DNA of 10,807 nt from a virus. Under the pieces are notes generated by a model, which did not search any database, had not been told where the DNA came from, and saw only the letters and a list, made by a program, of their open reading frames with translations. Within the stretch, counting starts at the first letter, position 1. The number at the start of each line of letters is the position of its first letter. The DNA lies in IMG/VR virus record IMGVR_UViG_3300045988_043823. The stretch is one strand, 5' to 3'. This document shows, piece by piece, positions 1 through 5,712 of this stretch. A program made the position numbers and the translations under genes.

Positions 1-70
1 GATCTAAATATGCACTATCGCCCCCTTTTTAACGTTTCCCAACGCACTTTTAACACCGGCCAACACACTT

Positions 71-86
71 TGGCACGCTTTTTGCC
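71..86 (+). promoter_or_regulatory. Sigma-54 (RpoN)-type -24/-12 box 1, or an origin iteron
   Basis: TGGCACGCTTTTTGCC matches the consensus TGGCACG-N4-TTGCW. GG at 72-73 and GC at 84-85 have the canonical 12-nt offset. Confidence 0.35.
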
Positions 87-127
87 TGGGCCAATGCCAC
101 CATAAAAACAATGCTCCAAAATAAGTT

Positions 128-143
128 TGGCACGCTATTTGCA
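128..143 (+). promoter_or_regulatory. Sigma-54 (RpoN)-type -24/-12 box 2, or an origin iteron
   Basis: TGGCACGCTATTTGCA matches TGGCACG-N4-TTGCW at every position. GG is at 129-130 and GC at 141-142. Confidence 0.4.
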
Positions 144-175
144 TAGCCTAAATTTATTTTGAAATGTTTCACTTT

Positions 176-191
176 TGGCATAGTTTTTGCA
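176..191 (+). promoter_or_regulatory. Sigma-54 (RpoN)-type -24/-12 box 3, or an origin iteron
   Basis: TGGCATAGTTTTTGCA has GG at 177-178 and GC at 189-190 with the same spacing. It is immediately preceded by AAATGTTTCAC, an 11-mer shared with the 662-684 operator-like repeat. Confidence 0.35.
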
Positions 192-237
192 TAAACGAAG
201 AAAACTTTTGTCTTTTAAGATTTATTAGTACAGAAAA

Positions 238-269
238 TTTGCTATCATATACAAAAGTGTGTACCTTTG
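238..269 (+). promoter_or_regulatory. Bacteroidota-type housekeeping promoter (-33 TTTG / -7 TAnnTTTG) for the early operon
   Basis: TTTG (238-241), a 20-nt spacer, then TAccTTTG (262-269). This fits the Bacteroides consensus TTTG-N19-21-TAnnTTTG. It is followed by an A-rich, unstructured leader of about 45 nt running to the ATG at 318. Confidence 0.6.
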
Positions 270-317
270 CAATATCAAAAATAAAACAACAAGCAACAAC
301 TTAAAACTACAAACAAG

Positions 318-632
318 ATGGAAACAAAAAACATTTTACGAGAGTTAAGCGAGATAATAAACAGAGCCGATGAAAATATAAAATACGCCATTAGTGTACG
401 ACACGCTGACACTACGCGTTTATTGGAAGCCATTAGCGACACACTGACAAACGCGGTGAACATCTTGAAAAGTGAAGCAGACCGCCAAACCAACGAACGG
501 GACGAATTCATTAAGAAAATCAACGTTGAAAAGTCTTGTAAAAATCAAGCATATTTTTTCATCTTGGAGAACGGTCTTATAAATGTGTTCAAAGAATTTT
601 GCGCAAATAACCCCCGAATAGATTTTGAATAA
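318..632 (+). CDS. Early protein of unknown function (104 aa, predicted helical/coiled-coil); the first 16 codons lie inside ITR-L
   Basis: First ORF downstream of the left promoter. It starts with ATG and ends with TAA. The sequence is charged and heptad-like (RELSEIINRADENIKY...). I recognise no family. Confidence 0.65.
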   Translation: METKNILRELSEIINRADENIKYAISVRHADTTRLLEAISDTLTNAVNILKSEADRQTNERDEFIKKINVEKSCKNQAYFFILENGLINVFKEFCANNPRIDFE

Positions 633-638
633 CTTAAT

Positions 639-684
639 ATGTTCCACGTGGAACACCTAAAATGTTTCACGTGGAACACTTAAA
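639..684. promoter_or_regulatory. Two tandem 23-bp repeats, each with a CACGTG-centred palindrome (candidate operator pair)
   Basis: The repeats are ATGTTCCACGTGGAACACCTAAA (639-661) and ATGTTTCACGTGGAACACTTAAA (662-684). GTTCCACGTGGAAC at 641-654 is a perfect 14-bp palindrome; the 664-677 copy has one mismatch. The centres are 23 bp apart. Confidence 0.55.
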
Positions 685-694
685 CTAAACAGAA

Positions 695-901
695 ATGAAC
701 AAGAAAAAAATTAAAAACATTTGTGAATATCTTTTTGCCGTGTACGCATTTGCCTTTATCGGGTGTTTAATCTACCTTTGTGCAGTCTTGCAAAGTTGTT
801 CAATGTACAAACAAACCGACATAAACGGCAAAACCACGATTGTTACAACTGATACAACATACATGAACCACAACACACTACTTAAATACAAAAAGAAATG
901 A
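695..901 (+). CDS. Small membrane or lipoprotein-like early protein (68 aa)
   Basis: The basic N-terminus MNKKKIKN is followed by a hydrophobic stretch of about 24 aa ending in VLQSC, which is lipobox-like but not canonical. The polar T/N-rich tail ends in KYKKK. The stop TGA overlaps the next ATG (ATGA). Confidence 0.6.
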   Translation: MNKKKIKNICEYLFAVYAFAFIGCLIYLCAVLQSCSMYKQTDINGKTTIVTTDTTYMNHNTLLKYKKK

Positions 902-1071
902 CCAATGAACAAAACCTATTTGACGATGCAATATTTTCGGCTTGCACGTCACTCGGTCAGCTAATGACCACAAAGGAAGTGAACGCGAACACTCGCACAC
1001 TTTTGAAAATATCAAAATTCAGAAACTACCTACTAGCATTGGGTAACGAACAACAAAGTAATAATCAATAA
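898..1071 (+). CDS. Unlisted small early ORF (57 aa), unknown function
   Basis: I translated it by hand: MTNEQNLFDDAIFSACTSLGQLMTTKEVNANTRTLLKISKFRNYLLALGNEQQSNNQ*. The ATG at 898-900 overlaps the upstream TGA at 899-901. The ORF exactly fills the otherwise empty 901-1083 gap and is probably below the ORF track length cutoff. Confidence 0.5.
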   Translation: MTNEQNLFDDAIFSACTSLGQLMTTKEVNANTRTLLKISKFRNYLLALGNEQQSNNQ

Positions 1072-1082
1072 AAATTAAAGTT

Positions 1083-1442
1083 ATGGTAAGTTTTGCACAA
1101 AAGTATAACAAGTGTAATGTTAACCCGTTCACATTCGATTTGAAAGGCTACACTTTTACAAGCCTAAAAGAATTGTTTAACTCGGATGAAAGCAAAAACA
1201 AAGTGCACTCTTTAGACGGTTTTTATTTCACCCGTGGCAAGTTCGGGGTTCACGCGGTAGTTGTTATGTCAGACGTTAAAAAGCGCGTGGATATTCCGCT
1301 AAACCTTACAGAGTTATTCACCGACATTGTAAACAATAGCGAAGCGGTTAACGACATCAAGTGCGGCAAAGTTGGTTTTATTGTACGAAAGTACGTGAGC
1401 CACAACAAAGAGTGTTATTCAATAACTTTTAAGGATAAGTAA
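1083..1442 (+). CDS. Early protein (119 aa); candidate replication accessory or ssDNA-binding protein, based on position only
   Basis: It lies just upstream of the terminal-protein/polymerase pair, where phi29 encodes its 124-aa SSB. It is followed by a strong intrinsic terminator, as expected for an abundant product. Any sequence resemblance to phi29 p5 is weak and unverified. Confidence 0.55.
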   Translation: MVSFAQKYNKCNVNPFTFDLKGYTFTSLKELFNSDESKNKVHSLDGFYFTRGKFGVHAVVVMSDVKKRVDIPLNLTELFTDIVNNSEAVNDIKCGKVGFIVRKYVSHNKECYSITFKDK

Positions 1443-1448
1443 CAAATT

Positions 1449-1486
1449 CGGGTGGGGAGACGTTAATAACCCACCCGTTTATTTTT
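1449..1486 (+). terminator. Rho-independent terminator or attenuator
   Basis: Stem CGGGTGGG (1449-1456) pairs with CCCACCCG (1470-1477) across a 13-nt loop, followed by TTTATTTTT (1478-1486). The next start codon is only 7 nt downstream. Confidence 0.75.
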
Positions 1487-1492
1487 ATAATT

Positions 1493-2149
1493 ATGGGTGT
1501 AATACGTTTTACAAAAGTGGTTTTTTCAGCCACGCAAAAAGCAAAATTAAAAAAAGAAATTATAGCAGCGGCAAAAAGCGACCCCGAATTGCGCAAAGAA
1601 ATAAGGCGTGTTTTTCATCAAGCAAATAGACGTATACAAAACGTTGAAAGCAAGGGTCTTTTAAGCCCTGCAATAAAGTCCCTAAACAAAGGCGGTGTTA
1701 CGGGGTTTAGTAAGTTTGCGATGGGTGATTTGTCGTGGGAAGAGTTAAAACGCGAATACGCGAAAGCAGTAGCTTTTTTAAGACAGCCTACAAGCACCGT
1801 ACGGGGTACACTCCAATACAACGACCATATAAAAAGCGCGTACGGGCTTACCGACAAAGAATTTAACTTAATGGCCGACCGCATAAACAAAAAGTTACAA
1901 AGCATTTCCGATAGCAAGTTTGTCGAAAAGTATTTGATGCGTTACAAAGACTTTACTGGAGATTTGGAAAGCGAAGCGACCGATGTTAGCTCACAGATTG
2001 AGAGGGACGCAATATCGTTAGAAAACGCTTTACAAAATGATATAGAAAAGTTTGCCAACGAATCAGTTAACGAGGTAGAAAACGATATAAACAAAATAAA
2101 CAGGAATATGCAACGTATTTTGAATTCGTTTGAAAAATTCGGGCTATGA
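1493..2149 (+). CDS. Putative terminal protein (218 aa)
   Basis: It sits immediately upstream of the protein-primed polymerase and is coupled to it by an ATGA overlap at 2146-2149, the canonical TP position in phi29, PRD1 and similar phages. It has a basic N-terminal half and an acidic C-terminal half. The stretch SWEELKREYAKAVAFLRQPTSTVRG resembles the phi29 TP region as I recall it. The priming residue is not identifiable by eye. Confidence 0.55.
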   Translation: MGVIRFTKVVFSATQKAKLKKEIIAAAKSDPELRKEIRRVFHQANRRIQNVESKGLLSPAIKSLNKGGVTGFSKFAMGDLSWEELKREYAKAVAFLRQPTSTVRGTLQYNDHIKSAYGLTDKEFNLMADRINKKLQSISDSKFVEKYLMRYKDFTGDLESEATDVSSQIERDAISLENALQNDIEKFANESVNEVENDINKINRNMQRILNSFEKFGL

Positions 2150-4332
2150 AAAAAGTTGATTATGAACAACGCAATAGCATATACAATGTTTCGGACATAA
2201 GCGAAGTGTTAGAAAAAGCGGTTAACGACAAAAACGTAATTGGCAATAATAAAGGCGTCAAGTTTTACAACGTGCCGTGTTCATTCGATATAGAAACAAC
2301 ATCTTTCTATCGAGATACAGACGGGAACACATACAATTATGAACAATACGCGAAACTCGGTGTAAAATTGGAAAAATGCAGTATTATGTATGTTTGGCAA
2401 TTCGGCATAAACGGGTATATAATAATGGGGCGCACATGGCAAGAATTTACGCAAATGTGTTCCGATATAGTCCGCACTTTGTGCCTATGCGAAAATAAAA
2501 AGTTAATCATCTACATACATAATTTGTCTTATGAATTCCAATTTATACGTACTTTGTTTGAGTGGGAAAAAGTTTTCAGCATAGACGTACGAAAACCTTT
2601 GTACGCTACAACTAAAGGCGGTTTAGAGTTTAGGTGTTCGTATCTGTTAAGCGGTTACAACCTTGCTAAATTGGGCGAGCAATTACAGAAATACAAGTGT
2701 GCAAAATTGGTGGGTGATTTAGATTACACCTTAATACGTCACAACGAAACGCCCCTTACTACGAAAGAAATAATGTATTGTGTTAATGATATTCGCGTGG
2801 TCATGAACTACATACAGGAACTAATAGAACAATACAAGTTAATAACGCGTTTACCACTTACAAAGACAGGGTTTGTACGTAAGCACTGCCGGAAGAATAT
2901 GCTACAAAAACGCGTGAATGGGAAAATCGCACGTAATTGGGAATGTATCAATTTAATACACTCGCTAACAATAAACGGGCTGCATGAATTTAATATGCTC
3001 CAAAGGGCGTTTAGTGGTGGCTTTACTCATGCGAACGCGAACAACGTTGACGAGATTTGCACGAATGTAGCAAGTTACGATTTTACAAGTAGTTACCCGT
3101 ATGTTATGGTGTCGGAAAAATTCCCCATGTCTAAAGGTGTAAGAGTGACCACCCGAAATATGTACGAATTTAATTACTACATAAAAAACTACCTTTGCAT
3201 TTTTGATGTAGAATTTACCGACATTTGTGCAAGTGAGTTGCAAGATAACCCAATAAGTGTAAGCAAGTGCTACATTAAAAAAGATGTGGTAGAAAATAAC
3301 GGGCGTGTCGTATGTGCTAAACAGATTTGCACCACACTTACAAATATAGACTATAACGTTATAAAGATGTTTTACAAGTGGGGTAAAATCAGAATTGGCG
3401 AAATGTACATCTACAAAGCTGACTATTTGCCCACTGAATTTATAAATACTATTTTGGACTTGTACGAAACCAAAACGAAGTTGAAAGGCGTGCAAGGTAA
3501 GGAAGTAGAATATTTGAACTCAAAGGAAATGCTAAATTCTTGCTATGGTATGTGTGTGACAAACCCGTTACGCGATGAATTTACCTATACGGGCAAGTGG
3601 GACACCAACACGTTAACGGAAACAGAAAAGACCGAAATGCTACAAAATTACAACGATAGCAAAAATCGCTTTTTGTTTTACCCTTGGGGTGTGTTCGTTA
3701 CCGCGTATGCAAGGCGAAACTTGTTTACCGCAATCTACGAAGCAAAGCAAGACTATATTTATAGCGACACCGATAGTATCAAATTACAAAACGCAACCAC
3801 ACATAAAAAGTACTTCGATGCGTATAACAATATGGTATATAACAAACTAAAAGCAGCGTGCAAGCACCATAAAATTCCATTCGACAAATGCGCCCCAGAA
3901 ACGATAAAGGGCATTACAAAAATTTTGGGTGTATGGGATTATGAAGGAACTTACACCCGTTTCAAAACGTTAGGAGCAAAACGTTATATGGTTGAGGGAG
4001 AAAACGCCCTGAATGTGGACGGAAAAAGTTATAAATATAGTCTTACTATTAGCGGTGTAAACAAGAAAACCGCGATCCCTTACTTAGTTAAAACGTATGG
4101 TGACAACATATTTAACGCCTTTACAAATTACCTTGAATTTCCATGTGAAGCCACGGGCAAAAATATACATACGTACATAGACTACAAAATAACGGGTGAA
4201 GTTACCGACTATCAAGGTAAAAAATTTACATTTGCAGAAAACACGGGTGTACATTTAGAGCCAACAAGTTATAATTTATCTTTAAGTGTGATGTATCTAA
4301 ATTATCTAAAAGGTATAAAATTAAAAGATTGA
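2146..4332 (+). CDS. Protein-primed family-B DNA polymerase (728 aa)
   Basis: All signature motifs are present. ExoI is FDIETT, ExoII is HNLSYEFQF and ExoIII is YCVNDIRVV. Motif A is YDFTSSYPYVM (Dx2SLYP type), motif B is KEMLNSCYGMCV (Kx3NSxYG), motif C is YIYSDTDSI (YxDTDS) and the KxY motif is GAKRYMV. The order and spacing match phi29 DNAP, with extra insertions. Confidence 0.97.
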   Translation: MKKVDYEQRNSIYNVSDISEVLEKAVNDKNVIGNNKGVKFYNVPCSFDIETTSFYRDTDGNTYNYEQYAKLGVKLEKCSIMYVWQFGINGYIIMGRTWQEFTQMCSDIVRTLCLCENKKLIIYIHNLSYEFQFIRTLFEWEKVFSIDVRKPLYATTKGGLEFRCSYLLSGYNLAKLGEQLQKYKCAKLVGDLDYTLIRHNETPLTTKEIMYCVNDIRVVMNYIQELIEQYKLITRLPLTKTGFVRKHCRKNMLQKRVNGKIARNWECINLIHSLTINGLHEFNMLQRAFSGGFTHANANNVDEICTNVASYDFTSSYPYVMVSEKFPMSKGVRVTTRNMYEFNYYIKNYLCIFDVEFTDICASELQDNPISVSKCYIKKDVVENNGRVVCAKQICTTLTNIDYNVIKMFYKWGKIRIGEMYIYKADYLPTEFINTILDLYETKTKLKGVQGKEVEYLNSKEMLNSCYGMCVTNPLRDEFTYTGKWDTNTLTETEKTEMLQNYNDSKNRFLFYPWGVFVTAYARRNLFTAIYEAKQDYIYSDTDSIKLQNATTHKKYFDAYNNMVYNKLKAACKHHKIPFDKCAPETIKGITKILGVWDYEGTYTRFKTLGAKRYMVEGENALNVDGKSYKYSLTISGVNKKTAIPYLVKTYGDNIFNAFTNYLEFPCEATGKNIHTYIDYKITGEVTDYQGKKFTFAENTGVHLEPTSYNLSLSVMYLNYLKGIKLKD

Positions 4333-4336
4333 AACA

Positions 4337-5467
4337 ATGAAGAAAGAAACAAATAAGAAAGAAACGATAAAATTTTACTCGCTCACCAACATATTAAACA
4401 AAAATGCAGATTATAACATAATATTTGGCGAGCGTTCGAACGGCAAAACGTACGCCACTTTGGCGTATGGCATTAAACGTTACATACAGACGGGCGAACA
4501 AATGGCCTATATACGTAGGTGGCGCGAGGATTTACGCGGCAAACGTGCTGAAAATCTGTTTGCTAACCACGTGGCAAACGGGTATATTGAAGAAGTAACA
4601 AATGGAGAATTTAACTCCGTATTTTATATTGGCGGTAAATGGTATCTTGCAAAATACGACCACGAAAAAAAGAAGTACGCACCACAAACTACACCGTTTT
4701 GCTATGGTTTTTGCTTATCAGAGCAAGAGCACGAAAAAAGTAGCAGTTACCCAAACGTTACCACGATTGTTTTTGATGAGTTTTTAACTCGTAGGTACTA
4801 TTTGCCCGATGAATTTATGTTGTACATGAATCTTTTAAGTACCATAATACGACAGCGCGACAACGTTAAAGTTTTTATGTTAGGTAACACAATAAACAAG
4901 TTTTGCCCCTACTTTAGCGAAATGGGACTAAAGCAAGTTACTAACATGGGCCAGGGCACTATCGATATATACAAGTTTGGCCAACATGGAGCAGTAGTAG
5001 CGGTGGAGTATTGCAGCACGATAGTAAAACAAAAAGCAAGTAACAAGTACTTTTGCTTTGATAATCAAAATCTTGAAATGATAACGGGCGGCAAATGGGA
5101 AATGGCCGCATATCCACATTTGCCCACGAAGTACAAACCAAATGAAGTGCTTTTTGTGTATTACATTGTATTCAACGAATATATTTTGCAGGGCAACATA
5201 ATACAGCACGGAAACGAAAACTTTACGTACATACACGTAAAGACCACCCCAATAAAAGACCCCGAAAACTCGCTAATATACAGCCTACAAATGAACGGAA
5301 AGCAAAACTACAAGCGCAAGTTAATAAGCAGCGCTACCTACATAGAGGCACAAGTAACAAAGTACTTTGCTACTGATAAAGTATTTTACCAAAACAACGA
5401 AGTTGGCGAAATAGTACGAAACTATTTAATGACCTCCGCACGTACTAACATAGTAAGTGTAAAATAA
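4337..5467 (+). CDS. DNA encapsidation (packaging) ATPase, phi29 gp16-like (376 aa)
   Basis: Walker A is IIFGERSNGKTYA, compared with phi29 VIGARGIGKSYA. GEQMAYIRRWREDL compares with GEQFIYVRRYKPEL. Walker B is SSYPNVTTIVFDEFLTR, compared with NAYPNVSTIVFDEFIRE. The phi29 sequences are from memory. Confidence 0.9.
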   Translation: MKKETNKKETIKFYSLTNILNKNADYNIIFGERSNGKTYATLAYGIKRYIQTGEQMAYIRRWREDLRGKRAENLFANHVANGYIEEVTNGEFNSVFYIGGKWYLAKYDHEKKKYAPQTTPFCYGFCLSEQEHEKSSSYPNVTTIVFDEFLTRRYYLPDEFMLYMNLLSTIIRQRDNVKVFMLGNTINKFCPYFSEMGLKQVTNMGQGTIDIYKFGQHGAVVAVEYCSTIVKQKASNKYFCFDNQNLEMITGGKWEMAAYPHLPTKYKPNEVLFVYYIVFNEYILQGNIIQHGNENFTYIHVKTTPIKDPENSLIYSLQMNGKQNYKRKLISSATYIEAQVTKYFATDKVFYQNNEVGEIVRNYLMTSARTNIVSVK

Positions 5468-5473
5468 AAACAC

Positions 5474-5481
5474 TATCTTTG
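5474..5481 (+). promoter_or_regulatory. Candidate -7 element (TAtcTTTG) for the morphogenesis genes
   Basis: TAtcTTTGca lies in the 41-nt gap after the ATPase stop, 28 nt before the ATG at 5509. It has the same TAyCTTTGC core as the ITR promoter. No clear -33 TTTG is present. Confidence 0.45.
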
Positions 5482-5508
5482 CAGTAAACTTTTCAAAACT
5501 ATAAATTC

Positions 5509-5712
5509 ATGGATATAAATGAAGTTATACAAGTTATTTCAAATGTGGGGTTTCCTATTGGTATGTGCTTACTCGTGTTTTACTACATGACAAAACAAGA
5601 CACAAAGCACACAGAGGAAACAGAACATTTGCGTACAACTTTAGAGGAAAACACAAAGGTACTATCTGAACTAACAACTTTAATAAAAAACGTGTATGTC
5701 AAAGAAAGATAA
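5509..5712 (+). CDS. Small single-pass membrane protein, YvrJ-like (67 aa); possible holin or lysis-related protein
   Basis: VISNVGFPIGMCLLVFYYM followed by a charged helical tail resembles YvrJ-family proteins (...GFPI...YLL...) as I recall them. There is one predicted TM segment. The ORF overlaps the portal start by 17 nt. Confidence 0.6.
   Translation: MDINEVIQVISNVGFPIGMCLLVFYYMTKQDTKHTEETEHLRTTLEENTKVLSELTTLIKNVYVKER

Larger units (their letters stand above)
1..366. repeat. Left inverted terminal repeat (ITR-L), 366 bp
   Basis: The reverse complement of 1-366 equals 10442-10807 exactly, verified block by block. Identity breaks at 367 versus 10441. ITR-L contains promoter-like elements and the first 49 nt of the ORF at 318. 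Confidence 0.97.

Noticed and set aside
71-99. An adenovirus-like NFI site (TTGGC-N5-GCCAA) in the ITR, suggested by TTGGCACGCTTTTTGCCTGGGCCAATGCCA.
   Set aside because: The spacing does not fit the TTGGC-N5-GCCAA consensus, and the host signals are bacterial. The resemblance reflects the shared TGGCA/TGCCA words. I retain it only as an analogy for iteron-type origin binding in the sigma-54 finding.
3190-3197. Internal TAnnTTTG matches: TAccTTTGca at 3190 inside the polymerase gene and TActTTTG at 5048 inside the ATPase gene, as possible additional promoters.
   Set aside because: A motif with six fixed positions is expected several times by chance in an AT-rich 10.8-kb genome. These copies lack a -33 TTTG at the correct distance, and no ORF start lies downstream. 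I keep them as possible but unsupported.
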